DNA of 64,000 nucleotides from positions 62,001-126,000 of the forward strand of contig JBEUKZ010000078.1 in NCBI GenBank assembly GCA_048128005.1. The letters run 5' to 3'. Origin of the DNA: Veleropilina oligotropha. Lineage: Eukaryota. Positions 33,472-46,857 of the stretch are shown here, one piece after another (within the stretch, counting starts at the first letter, position 1; every line of letters begins with the position of its first letter). The position numbers and the translations under genes are program-made. Below the pieces are notes generated by a model. The model was not told the DNA's origin. It worked only from the letters and a program-made list of their open reading frames with translations, and ran no database searches.

Positions 33472-36053
33472 GGCTGATTCTCACGAAACTGCAGCAACTT
33501 TGAGATTTTGGGTATTTCAGCCAATATATTTTATAATAATGTAAGTACGGTGTCTCAGTGTGTTTTATTTTATTCTAGCATGTTTAGAATTATGAAAAAT
33601 GTATACTTTTGATTAATTTGTCCGGACATTATACAAGACATGGACCTTTATATTTATATACATAAAGTACAAATCCACATAAATGCATCCATAACACAGG
33701 GATTAAATGCAAATAAACACGCTGTTCTATCTATTTTGGAAGCGTGTCAGGTATCCTACAAGTTGACATTACTTTGTGGATTCCAGTGTAAAATATCTGT
33801 GTAATAGCAAACTAAGTGTTAAAATGGATAAAACGTTGAGTAAAGTACAAATCCACTTTGCAGACGCAAAATATAAATAAAAATGTTGATTTCAAGATTT
33901 TTTGGTTATTACTCGTTCAGGTATTAAAGAAAGGCATATATAGACGAAGAGACTAAGTTTTGTAAATCCAATTTTCTCTTCAATGAGCCTGATAACGATA
34001 ACATAGCGAGTAAAGTTACGAATCCACATTCGTTAAAGCAAGGCCAAACCGCCATTGGAACCACCAAGCGGTCAGGTGGCAATCGCATCACATTGTGTAG
34101 GAACCCACGACAATAAAGACGCTAATTTTGATATCTGTAAAGTTATAAATAATATTAATTATGTACATATGGTTGAACATTTGGGCTATATTATATACAA
34201 AATAACATATAGATGGCATAGACATGGAAATTTTGACGTATGCGTCAAGAGCCATGTATGTTTTTCTTCAATTCGTCGCTTCTGATAATTACAATGGATG
34301 TTTCTGAGAGTCATGTGGTGAATGATCAGTTACATGGTCAGGAACGGTCATTGAATTCGTAATTGACGGGATTCGTACTTTATGACAAATTTACCAAAAT
34401 AGTTCATATACTAAATATTATTATTATTCCGAGCACTGTTTAATGTTGTAAAATGGACATTTAGATACCAGTTACATTATGAATAAATATGTCGCATTTT
34501 GATACCATTTTCTGAGAAAAAAACTGAAAGACAAATGGAAATTTTCAATATTGTGACCGTTTAAGGGTGCTGTACAAAAATCACAAGCCATATTTAATGT
34601 TTTAAGCACGTAAAATAGCAACATATATCATATGGGATATCATATGGGTATTGGCATATAAAATAAATATGAAACATCATCACATTTTGGGTGGATTTGT
34701 ACTTTATCGTTGGATTTGTGCTTTATGCATACAATAAAGTACAAATCCAGAAGGGGTGATTCATAGTTTATGCAAGCATAACTCAGAAATATGTACTCCG
34801 GGGTATTCATTTTCAATTATCGCATTGTAACATACATTTATTTTGTTTATTGTACTCTGGAATTGTAACTATTATAGTACTAAGATGCATATTGCATTTC
34901 CATATGATTTATGTGTGAACCCATTTATCCATGTGAATATATTTATAAATTAAATTCAAAAATTCAAATATGATATAACATGATATGGAAGCATAAATTA
35001 TATTATAATAATGTTTTCTGTTATTAAATGGACTCATTTACCAAAAATGTCTTCAGACAAACATACACTTCATGTAATCCATGTTAAGCATAAAATACAA
35101 ATTAATATTATGAAGTACAAATTAATATTATGAAGTACAAATTAATATTATGAAGTACAAATTAATATTATGAAGTACAAATTAATATTATGAAGTACAA
35201 ATTCAATAAAATGTAGGACTATTTTGCAGTAATATTATCTTATGTGTGTTGAAAACATGTTTCATAATAATTAATTGTGGCAAAGAACCGTAATGATCAG
35301 CCTACAATTGTCTATCTGCTTATGTTGTCATTTAACATGAGTTTTCTCTTGAAATATTAGCAGCTTTGGGATTTCAATTCGTCTTTTTCGCATTATTTGT
35401 CAATAATGTATGTGCTATCACTTTTAATTCAAAGGAATATTTTTTTTGTGGTAAAGAGTGCATTTCCATTATATTTATTTAGTGTGTTGAGTTTTGTCAA
35501 GTACGAATCCATTATGCGAACTCCTTATGAATAATAGAAATCCAGAAATAAGACCTGCATGGTGTGCAGAAATACAGCATATATGTTGTAGATTTGGATG
35601 ATAGCTTAACATTCCCCATAAAGAGCACTCTCTAAATATGATAACTTTCGTCACGACTTCATATATGGTATAAGTACATTTCGAAATTCACCTTATGTAT
35701 ACTCTAACCTGCATCAGGAGTAGAAATGCATCCAAACATTACTTGTAAAGTGATATTGATGTTGTAATATATTCCTGATCGGTTCAAAGTGTTCCAATTA
35801 CATGTATATTATGAAATAATACTTTAAACATGAATTCCTAGCTGAGGTCATGGTGGATTTGTACTTTACATTGCAAAACATGTCCCAAACTGGAGGAACT
35901 CTTGTAGGAAGGTCTTTTCACTAAACTTGTAGCAATTTTTTTGGACAGAAGTAGATTGTATGTACATTATATGGACAGAGTATTGAAACGATCAGCAAAC
36001 ATTTTAAAAATGACCTCTTAAAAAAAGTTGCTGCAGTTTCGTGAGAAACAGCC
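33472..36053. mobile_element. 2.6-kb non-autonomous TIR transposon (GGC termini, AT flanks; ISL2EU/PIF-Harbinger-like)
   Basis: 30-bp TIR GGCTG(A/T)TTCTCACGAAACTGCAGCAACTTT with one mismatch; inserted in an (AT)n tract. Confidence 0.8.
35096..35203. repeat. 20-bp minisatellite, about 5 copies
   Basis: TACAAATTAATATTATGAAG repeated. Confidence 0.95.
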
Positions 36054-37453
36054 ATATATATATTCAAAAAAGTCCCTAAAGCAATATATATCACTGAAAA
36101 ACTTGAACCAAAAATTATAACTATAATTTTTATGTTCAAAAACACCTATTTATTTGCAATAATTAATTCAATTTTATTAAATATCACTGCCAGAGTACCA
36201 AGTAACCTCCATATAATCAATATCAAAGCATATATAATGTTTAGAACCCTAAATCAAGCCATATACGCTCAACACTTGAACCAAAAATTCTAATCAGATT
36301 TTCTATGTTCAATAATGCCAATTTATTTGCATAAATTAAATTAAATTTGTTTTCAATATCACTGCCAGAATATCAGGTAACATCCATATATACCAAAAAG
36401 TCCATTGAGCAAGCCATATACACTCAATGAAAAACTTTAACCAGAATTTATATGTTAAAAAACACCAATTTATTTGCAATAATTAAATTAAATTTTATTC
36501 AATATCACTGCCAGAGTATCAGGTAACATCCATATAATCAATACCAAAGCATATATATGCCAAAAAGTTCCTTAAGCAAACCATAAACGCTCCATGAAAA
36601 ACTTTAACCAAAACTGCGGACATACATACGTACGTACGTACAGACAGAGTGAAAGCAATATGCCCCTCAGGACTATCGTCCCGGGGCATAATAAGAGTTA
36701 TCCAAACTCTGGTGGGTGATGGTCCGGACCAAAGACATGTACTTGCCATGGTGCAATTGGTTCCCAAAAAGCCGAACCACAATTACCTGACTACCACAAA
36801 AACCATCATTATTTATGCTACAGCAAGAAAGGATCAAACGAGCATGTTCAAACGTGGTTGATATTTTCGTCCAAGGAATATCAACCAAAGCTAGATAGTA
36901 CTGCTAACGACAGAGTGGCTATTGTCGAACCCGACTGAAGATACAGGTATCTGTTGAACATCACAAGCTACGAAACAAAGTGCGAATCCAACAGCATAAA
37001 TGTTGAGAACCTACAGTGTTCAAGAGTGTGGCGGCATGACTAGGTGGTCTACAAAGCCAAGGGTTTATGGTTCAACCCCTGGGATATATCAGATATTTTC
37101 CCATCAATACACCATCTCCATAATAGCACACGACATCTGTCTGATCGGAGAGATATGTCCCATCTGTGATATAACCGAAATAACATTCAAAAGTTCCAAA
37201 AACGGTACCATGCCGTGGTCAAGAAGAAGCAAATACTTCCTTACATCGATTAATATCTATATATTATATTGTAAACTGGATGAAACGGGCGAGTTATACA
37301 TTTACAACCATACACAACGGGGAGCATAGCTTGAAAAGGAAGAGTTACATAATAAATGACTGTGAAATGTCAGGAATGCCTTGTAATGTCACTTGGCAGG
37401 ACACAACATACTTTGAAATGAACACAAGATGCATTGAATGGATGGCATGCATA

Positions 37454-37930
37454 TAATAATAATAATAATAATAATGGTCAATTTATAATGCGCTGTAAAC
37501 CATGTAAAAATATGCTCTAAGCGCAGGAGGAATACAGCTTATGAAAAGATCAGCAGTTGTAGGCTTGTTTGAAGAGATATGTTTTCAGATTGGCTCTGAA
37601 GGACTGAAGAGTGGAAGAGTTACGAAGTTCATGTGGTAACGCATTCCACTCCTCAGCAGCCACGTATGAGAAAGAGCGTTGACCGTATCTGACTGTGTTC
37701 ATCTTTGGCACGACACAAAAGTTCTTTCCCTGGGATCTAAGAGTTCGGGTAGGGTTGTAGGAAGCTACAAGGTTGCAGAGGTATTTAGGGGCGATGCATG
37801 CAAAGAATTTTATTCGATAGTCCACTGGTACCCAATGCAAAGTCTTCAAGACGGGGGCTATGTGATCACTCTGTTTTGTGAGGGAAACAATCCTGGCAGC
37901 GATGTTTTCGATTTGTTGTAATCTGGCGGT
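37454..37930 (-). mobile_element. 3' fragment of an L2-clade LINE
   Basis: LHWVPVDYRIKF..RTLRS..GQRSFSY..WNALP..FRANLKTYLF followed by an (ATT)n tail. Confidence 0.8.
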
Positions 37931-39189
37931 TTGGCATTTTGCAGATCCAGCCCACTCTATATCATTTCAACAAACTGAAAGAATATCGGAAAACTGCCCT
38001 GGCATCTATTCAAGAAAAAACAAGCTGATGGAGAAAAAGTATCCCCCAAAATGCAACATTATTACAAATGCTCCTTTTTAGGCAGTGATTTGGCTAAATT
38101 CTGACATTGTATACCCTAGTGTATATGGATGGAACAAAGAATACGATCATGATGCCAGTAACTGCTGAGTCAGCAGATGTTCAATATGATCTTGTTCATG
38201 CAAAATAATGGCATATCTTGTACCAAGATGTCTGGGTTTCAAGGTGACATTGAAAAGTTTGACAACATCAATCTCAAAACTGATTCTAAAATAGAAAAAA
38301 GGAACAATCATCTTCTGAAGAATAATATATTGCCCGTCTTCAAATAAAACTTTACTGCATAACTGTCTGTGTGTGTATTTTTGTATGCATCTCTGTATGA
38401 TTGTCTGCATGCATAATTACATAATTATGATGAGACTAACTAGTAAGGCATTTTTCAAATGACGAATATTTGGCCAAGGAAATGCGGGATTGAGTACTTT
38501 ACTTGACCGCTATGATGTTTGTCTTGTTAATGTTAATTTCATTGATTTTGACATAAAATAAATATGCAAATGTATTCACTAAATATTATGTGTATAACCA
38601 TATACAAACCATGAGTTTCATATATGGACAATGAGACTGTGAGAGTCGGTTGTTCCAATTAATAGCACAGACAATGGGGTCAATTCGGGTCATTGGTCTC
38701 ACATCACGAGAATGAAGAATTTTGCAAGGCGCGTCAATTAATTAACTATCATATCACTGCCTAGGGCCAGATATGATGCTATATGTGTGTTTTAACGGGT
38801 TACATATTGAAAAGTACAAAATATTTTCTTAATAGATATTATCAGTTAAGACACCGACACATTCTCCCGACACATCTCTAATGCTGGGCGTCGGCTCGAT
38901 ATGTGTGATATCGGATCCGCTCGCAGTGTAGTATCTAGCTAATACATATATACTATACAGTACATATATGGCGTCTAATCCTACATTTTTTATTGTATGT
39001 AATGACATTTAAGGTGATATTTTTTATAGGCACATAAACACCTACAGACATTACATGTAATGGTCATGATTAGAACTAAAGGTTATTTTGCGTCAATTTT
39101 GGATGATCAAAATCGTTATAACTTACAAGTTAGTGACATTACTTTTATAAAAGTATATATTTTTGGAATCAGCTCGATGACATCCACCA

Positions 39190-40351
39190 TTTGAGCCTAT
39201 TTACGAAGATGTATATAGTATAGTATTCACGTCCGTGCATCCGTCCGTGTTTCCGTCCCGGATTTTTCTGTCATCTTTTTTTGTCATTTAGAGAAATGGT
39301 AGCTTTCCGAAACTTTACAGGTCAATTAACCACATCATTGAGTAGATCAAGTTCGAATATTGGAAATTTATTATGAAAAATTATGATTTTTGGCAACTTT
39401 TTGACTATTTTGAACATAGTCTCTGGAAGCATGGATGTGGTCAATTTTCCGTCAACAATTTTTTACATTTAGAGAAATGCTAGCTTTCCGAAACTTTACA
39501 GGTCAACTAACCACATCATTGGGTAGATCAAGTTCGAATATTTGGAATTTATTTTAAAACGTTATGTTTTTATTGCAACCTTTCGGCGATTTTGAACATA
39601 GTCTCTGCAAGCATGGGTGTGGTCAATTTTATCACAACAATTTTTTACATTTAGAGAAATGCTAGCTTTGCAAAACTTTACAGATCAACAAATCACATCA
39701 TGGGGTAGATCAAGTTCGATTATTGAGAATTTATTTTAAAAATTGAATATAATTTTTGACAACTTTGGACTTAAATTTGTACCCAAAACTCACTAAATTA
39801 TTTTTTTTCCTTTACAGACATGCTAGTTCATTTTGAATATGGGGAACGTTTTTTTATTTTTTGAGAGATTTTTTGTCGATTTTGTATATAGTCTCTGCAA
39901 GCATGGATGTGGTCAATTTTGTCACATGCACTTATTTCATTTACCGAGATGCTAGCTCTCTGAAACTTTATAGATCAACTAACCCCATCAAGTGGTAGAT
40001 CAATTTCATATATTTGTGATTTTTTAAACCTTGATTTATTGCTGAATTTTGTTGATTTAAAACATAGTCTCTGCATGTATGGAATTTATAAATTTTATCT
40101 GAAACTTCACAGACCAACTAACCACAGTGTAATACTGGGATGGATCAAGTTTGAATAATGAGAATTATTTAATTTACTTGAAGTATTTACACTTAGTCTC
40201 TGGGTGCATATCTATCTCTGTAGCCTCTGGTGGCAGGAAATCTTGCTTAATTAATGAATTCTCATTGAGTTACTGAATACACAGCGGGCAAAAATATATG
40301 TGGTCAATAATACAGGCGGAGGACAATCGCCACTTAGTGGCAATCACTTGT
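39190..40351 (-). mobile_element. HINE-like element with tandem core repeats of about 178 bp
   Basis: (CCGT)n tract, repeated CATTTAGAGAAATGCTAGCTTT..GTAGATCAAGTTCGA units, ends CACTTGT; boundaries approximate. Confidence 0.6.
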
Positions 40352-41000
40352 CAATTTAAAAATTCTCTTCATTAACTGGAACCATGTTATAGGGTACTTT
40401 TTGCGAGATAAACAGCATCAAAATACGCTTTTAAAAATTGACAACATATTTGTTTACATCAAGGTGATCCTACTGAACAAAAATATGCATGTTGTCAAAA
40501 ATTAACATGTAATGCACACAGGACTTTATTCAGCTACATATGCCCCAACACTATTAATAGTTATATATAATGATGTCATTCTAAAGGGATATATATGATA
40601 TCACGTTGTGGTCTGAATAATTACTGTTTAGATTTGTGTTTGGCATAGCCTTGCATTTTTGAGAAATAAAGGTGTTGATGAAGGCTAAGAGAGTATAATA
40701 TTTCCGGTTAGATAAGACACTTTAGACCACGAGTTTAATTTGAGCATGTGTAGTTAAAAAAAATTTGGCGAGTTTGCATCACTTAAGTTTTAAGCTGGTA
40801 AATTAAAGTGGATTCATCATTGTCAACTCGCTCATAAACAAGATTTTCGCTGAGGCGTTGCTTGAATTGTACTTTTGTTTGACCAACAATTTGTTAGAGA
40901 GTTCAATTTATGCATTCGATTAGAAAGTTGTTTTACAATCATGACAATTCAAGTTTTGCAGCCACATTTTGACATTTTGCTATTTATTTAAATTTTTCAG

Positions 41001-41342
41001 GTTTTCACACCTAAAAGAACAAAGCTGCCGATTAATTGGAATAACGTAGAGACGGCTCGAACAAACATGACCAAATGTGTGGATGTTCTCGATCGGTATT
41101 TCCTGAAGTCCAACAAGTATTTGTGCGGGAACAATGTATCGATAGCCGATGTTGTTGGAATATGTGATCTTATGGTATTATACCTTGCCGGAGAAGATCA
41201 ATTATACAAATCAAATTCATCAGTCAATGCTTGGACTGAACGAGTGATAGAGAGGCTGCAGCCTCATTTCGGTGAGGCACATTCGCTTCTTGACAGTCAG
41301 CGGGAAAGAATGATGAAATACATTGCAGATTCAAAGATGTGA
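41001..41342 (+). CDS. GSTT: GSTT-a exon 4 (last); full protein 232 aa ending SKM
   Basis: TTTTTCAG acceptor, phase 0; YFLKSNKYLCGNNVSIADVVGICDL (SIAD N-capping box); AATAAA at 41457. Confidence 0.92.
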   Translation, partial: VFTPKRTKLPINWNNVETARTNMTKCVDVLDRYFLKSNKYLCGNNVSIADVVGICDLMVLYLAGEDQLYKSNSSVNAWTERVIERLQPHFGEAHSLLDSQRERMMKYIADSKM

Positions 41343-41727
41343 TCTTGAGGTCATTCAGTGGAAAGGAAAAGAGCGAATGGTTTGTCCATGCACAGATCCA
41401 TGTGCTCATGACCAAGAAATATACCTCAATATCAGCTGACAATTAGTTAGCTATCCAATAAAAACAAATAAACGATTTTAAATTATAATACATGTATTAT
41501 TTAGTATTTTACATTCATAAATTAATAATGTTAATTCAGATACTAGTATGTATCTGCATCCCATGTCTGTGATTAGCTGCCATCATAGCACATTCGGTTC
41601 GAAAATTTCCCTTGCATGGAAGAGTACCATCCAACACTGGTTTATACCTTGAACAACATGGGGTATATTTGTCATGGTGGTCAATATATCAATTTTTGCA
41701 GCAATCAAGATCAAAATACTAGTCCAT

Positions 41728-41995
41728 GAAGGAAGGAAAGGATCAATAATTTAACTTAATGTCCTGTATATTTACAGCCATCCGGTTCAAAGCAGGACAT
41801 GACCATATTATCGTGGGTAAGCCCGGTCGCTCAGGGAAACCCGTCCTCTCCGACCAGTTACGGACAACTGTGATTCATAACGGAACAAATAATGTTATGT
41901 CCCAACCGAGATTCGAACCCACTACTGTTATTGTCATAGAAATCAAGCTGGTGATTTTTGGAATCTGCAACCAAAACCACATGACTGTCGGAGTG
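41728..41995 (-). mobile_element. tRNA-derived SINE copy (others at about 43355..43660 -, 45315..45560 -, 48125..48392 +, 50390..50657 +)
   Basis: B-box-like GGTTCGAATC, conserved body ATGAATCACAGTTGTCC..GGGTTT(C/A)CC..GCGACCGG, (TTCC)n-like tail shared among copies. Confidence 0.7.
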
Positions 41996-42187
41996 GCCAC
42001 CGGTGCATAAACAACATATATAACAGTCGTAACGAAGCAATTGCAATTGGTCGCAGTGCAGAATTTAAGATGTTGTGGTGTTATGACATACTTGAATATC
42101 ATGTCCAAAATGGTTTTATTTGTGTACATGTTCACGCCAACAGAGTAGATTGTTGTTTGTTGTGATTACCAGACCTATTTTATAATT

Positions 42188-43063
42188 AACAGGAAGACAA
42201 AGTCATCAATATCCCCCACACTGGTACATTCACAATAATTACTATATGCTGTATGTTCTTGATAATAACAAGGGCAATAACTCTGTCATTAATCATAACG
42301 CCATGTTAAAATTATGAAAAGGCATCAGTTAACCAACTACTGAATACACCCACCAAGTTTCGTAATGATAAGTCAAGCACTGTATGAGATATAGTCGGGA
42401 ATAACAAAATTAAAGCAAGGGCAATAACTGTGAATATTTGACGTAAAACGTCGAAATTACCGTAAGGCACCAGTTCAACAACTGCTTAATACACCCACCA
42501 AATTGCATAAAGTTATGCCGAGCGGTTTATGAGATACGCTTAAGATAGAAAAGTAACAAATTAACAACAAGGGCAATAACTCTGTTTATGATCACCACAC
42601 AACATCAAAACTATCAAAAGGCACCAGTTCACCGACTACTTAATATATCCAGCAAGTTTTGTAAAGTTATGTTGAGCGGTGCATGAGCTATGCTCCGGAA
42701 AAGAGAACATTTTATCGAATTTAGAACGAGGGAAATAACCCTGTTAATGATCGCCGCACAACGTCGAAACTAGCAAAAGGCACCAGTTCACCGACGACTG
42801 AATACATCCAGCAAGTTTCGTAAAGTTATGTCAAGCGGTGTATAAGTTACGCTCCGGAAAAGATAACATTCACGAATTTTGAACAAGGGAAATAACGTCG
42901 AAACTAGCAAAAGGCACCAGTTCACAGAGTACTTAATACACTTAGGAAGTTTCGAAAAATTATGTCGAGCGGTGTATGAGATATGCTCCGGAAAAGATAA
43001 TTTGCACGGACAGACGGTCTGCATTTTAATATCCCCAGCAAAAAAAATTTGCGGGGAATAATA
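42188..43063 (+). mobile_element. HINE-like element with tandem core repeats
   Basis: Subterminal AATATCCCC repeated at both ends, AAGGGCAATAACT units, (GGAC/AGAC) tract, 3' hairpin TCCCC..GGGGA. Confidence 0.65.
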
Positions 43064-44590
43064 AATGATAACGTTCAATTTTGTTGAGGGATGACACGCA
43101 TCATTCTAAGGATGTTCATTAAATAGTTGTTGCAGACAGTGGTTTTACATGATTAAGTTTTTCACTTCAGATCAATGAGAGGGCGCATCCATTACAACAA
43201 TTATCAAAGGCACAGTGTGTGTATTGTCCTTGATATGTAACGATAGCAAGACTGTATATATGGCCACCATGGCACTTATCTTGCATGTTGGCGAAATCAA
43301 ATGTTCAACCTGTGAAGGTGATGTCCATGTGCTCATCCACTTTGCAATAATAAAGAAAAGGAAAGGATCGATGCTTAATGTCCTGTATGTTTACATCCAT
43401 TAGGTTGAAAGCAGGACATGTCCATATTATCACGGGAGTAAACCCTGGTCGCCCGGGGAAACCTGCTCTCTCCAACTAGTTTGGACAACTGTGATTCATA
43501 ACTTGAACAAATAATGTCATGTCCAAACAAACAATGTAATGTCCAAACTGAGATTCGAACCCACAACCGTTCGTGCCCATAACTGTTCGAGTCAGCAGAA
43601 TCAAGCCAGTGATTTTCGGAGTCTGCAACTGAAACCACACGATTGTCGGAGCGGTCACACTTTGCAATTGCCAATAATAGCGATGGCGTATATGTGGTTA
43701 TGATACTGGACACGATGTTAGTATAGCTATCGGAGTCAGAGTACGAACACCGGGAATTTTTCACAAATATATGTCGTCTCCATTGCACACATTATCCGTC
43801 TACAGGATTGAGAATTAAACCGGTGACTACTAAAAAAATGTTAAAATGTGGTCATAAAACAACTGATTCAAATCAAATTATCTGGTATATGACCAGTACA
43901 GCTGTAAATCAACGTAATTATGCATGGCTTTGATGAGTAAAATTTTGTCAATTTAGTAGTTATATCATACAGGGAAAGGATACTTTGATAAGTTGAATAA
44001 CTTTTTACCCAATCCCTTTGTAATACCATCGGCAATAAAATGTTTAAACTAACTATTATCTCATATGAAAGCAAGACAATCGGAGATCGCATACTCTCGC
44101 CCAGTCGAGTCACATTTCCGTATTTTTTTTGCTAATATCGTTACAATATCAATGCATTACAAAAAAATTTGTATTAAAAGATTTGACAAATTTCATCAAT
44201 TTTTTTCCCTCTGACAGCCATATTTTTCAAGTAGAACCTAGATAATTGCCATTGTCTAATTATCTCAAGAATTATAATTCGAAGTTAGTACAACAACGAG
44301 TTTTAACGCTAGATCCGAAACCAGAAATTGCATTAGACAATCAGGATCCAGTTTCAGATCACCGAAACAAGGTGTACAAATATTCAAGTAAAACAGACCA
44401 ACAGTTTGTTAGACATACTCTTGGACAAACAAATTTACAAATGGAACCATTTGCACTACCCTCGAATCACCTCCGGAGGCGAGGGTAATAAATGTAATAA
44501 ATGCTAAATGTAAAACAGAACAATACTGACTATACATTAGCAGTAATTAATTTTCTAATATTTACATCTTCGTAAATGGTATCTCCGTTA

Positions 44591-44935
44591 TCACAATTTG
44601 GCCTGGTTCGACAACCATTTCACTATCTTTTCTCGTTCGCCATATATAATGGCATGCGCCTCATCAACGTGAGGTTGGGTCCTCTCTTTTACTCTCTCTG
44701 TCCATGCATTAACATTAGCATTAGATTTATACAAGTATTCCTCGCCTGATGCATACAGTGTCATTAATTCACATATCCCAGATATATCGGCAATCGACAT
44801 CTCATTCCCACAAAGGTACTGATTGGACTTGAGGAAGTATTTGTCAATATGTTCAACTGTTTCTTCCATGTTTTTCCGAGCAATCTGGACATTGTCCCAG
44901 TTAATGGACGTTTTCTTTCTCTTCGGAAATAAATA
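44591..44935 (-). CDS. GSTT: GSTT-b exon 4 (last); full protein 233 aa ending AKL
   Basis: Acceptor at 44937..44936; YLFPKRKKTSINWDNV..YFLKSNQYLCGNEMSIADISGICEL; paralogous to 41001..41342. Confidence 0.92.
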   Translation of the reverse strand, partial: YLFPKRKKTSINWDNVQIARKNMEETVEHIDKYFLKSNQYLCGNEMSIADISGICELMTLYASGEEYLYKSNANVNAWTERVKERTQPHVDEAHAIIYGEREKIVKWLSNQAKL

Positions 44936-45708
44936 CTGAAAGACACAATTTTACTTGTGCATTATGTCATCAAATGTCTAAACATCTATATATATAATAT
45001 AAAGTAGTAATTCTGTTTGTTTGCATGCGTGTTCGAATTGGCCAAGTTCACTGTTATATATATATATATATAGAGATAGCATGAGCTGATTGAGAGAGTC
45101 TTGGGATGGGAGGTGTGAGGGGAGGATGGTGAAATTGGAAGGGGGAATTGGGGGGGCAAGAATGTGTGAGGGGATGGGGGGGGTGGGAAATGGTAAATTT
45201 CATCGAAATCACTCATTTTTAAACGGGCGTGACCGCTAGTAATAATATAAAATTAAAAAGGTATCAAGTACAGAGTATATTCCAATTTCATGGAAATTCT
45301 ATGAGAATATTAAATTGGATCGATGCTCAATGTCCTGTACATTTGCAACGTTCTGTTTCAAATTAGGATACATTATCACGGGAAGAGAGCCGGGGGAAAT
45401 CCAACCTCTCCTGCTCCTGCTAGTATAAGTTACGGACAACTGCGATAGGTCACTGAACAAAGAATGCCATTGCCCGAACCAAACACACTCCTGTTTGTCA
45501 AAACAATCATGCCAGTGACACTGATTTCAGAGTTGGTACTCGAGACCATACAGCTACCAGAGAATCATATTTTTTACCAATATGCATTAAATTGAACGTC
45601 AATTCATTGTAGTGCATGCCATGTCATAATGTTAAGTATCAATTCCACGAGCACCGTCATGACAGCTTATATTAGCAAGACATTGAGTCTGCCTTGAATC
45701 TCCATAAG

Positions 45709-45915
45709 TAAACCCCTATATTTTAGCGGCCATAAAATTTAGCTATTTCTCGTATACCTGTATATTAGCGGCCTTGTAAATTAGCGATTTTAAATTCATA
45801 TGTTCATTGAGATTTATTACATGAAATATTTCGCATCCTTTTATTTTCGCAATAATATTAGGTACGCGTAACTCGCGAAAATAAAAGGCACGCTAAAATA
45901 TAGGGTTTTACAGTA
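45709..45915. mobile_element. Small MITE
   Basis: Inverted AAACCCTATATTTTAGCG / CGCTAAAATATAGGGTTT, right end ACAGTA. Confidence 0.6.
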
Positions 45916-46706
45916 CTTCAAAAGATTCCATTATACCATTCAAGAGCTAAAAGATCCTGGCATCATCATATTTGATAAACTAGAACGTGCTTTAGTATTT
46001 GACATTGCGGCAAGGAGCCTAGCAACGCGGTCAGGCGATTTTATATTGCGACAGTACCGAGAGCGGGATAGAAAGATTGCGTACATGTATTTAAGTATTA
46101 AAAGAATTTTACTTGAAAGATATCTGCACACAACACTGATGGCAAATCTCAAAGTTTCCACATAAATTTGAACTTTTAGAGTTGAGTTTCTTGTTTTAAC
46201 ATCAGCAGCCTGGAATATTTGATACTAGATGCCTGCCTCCGAAAATCATTGAATACTGTGACATTAGTCTTCAGTGCCATGCACTGTCAAACCTGCATAG
46301 TCAGATAAGTAGATATAGAGCAAATCTCCTATCGGTATGCCAAAGAGGTGGCTCAAAGTGATATTTTTGCTGATGGAGTGATAGCGAAAGTAAAACAAAA
46401 TTGTTTCATGTAAAAATGCCTACTCGTGACCCTACTTCACATGCAATTTCTTCACAAGACATCGGATCCTGTCAATATTTAGGTACTCATTCAAAACCTG
46501 GTGAGCAGTTCGGAACAGCAGCACAAGATAACTTGAATTTAACCCTTGACATGTTTGAGCAAGAAATTTGAGATCAAGCCAAGCATCTCTATTTAGCCTG
46601 TGCTAAAGCATCGACGACAGTGGGCATGATACGATAATTATAATATTATACTTGAACAATAACATAATCTAAGCGAAGAAACAGACAATATATCTTAAAT
46701 CCTTAC

Positions 46707-46857
46707 CAGTTCAAGAAACACTCTGTGAGACGTGTATCTGACGTCGGCTTGGTGCCAGCTCAGGTACTCGTCGACCCGTGTCTGTTGCTTCAAGTCTCTA
46801 GGGTACCAGTGGTCAGCGATATTTGCATTCTGGGCAATGTACTTCAAAATAGCAGCA
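46707..46857 (-). CDS. GSTT: GSTT-b exon 3
   Basis: 151 nt; AAILKYIAQNANIADHWYPRDLKQQTRVDEYLSWHQ. Confidence 0.95.

Larger units (their letters stand above)
33170..36693 (+). mobile_element. HINE/Helentron-like non-autonomous element with degenerate tandem core repeats, interrupted by a TIR element
   Basis: Repeated AATATCACTGCCAGA-type units, (TACG/ACAG)n tract, 3' hairpin TATGCCCC..GGGGCATA; left boundary uncertain. Confidence 0.55.
9349..40553. mobile_element. Candidate old Academ-like DNA transposon shell enclosing most of GSTT-a intron 3
   Basis: TAGTGTAGGGGCATATG at 9349 vs CATATGCCCCAACACTA ending 40553 (16/17 inverted match); further patchy inverted similarity once DIRS-A is removed; TSD imperfect; no transposase recognised. 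Confidence 0.45.
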
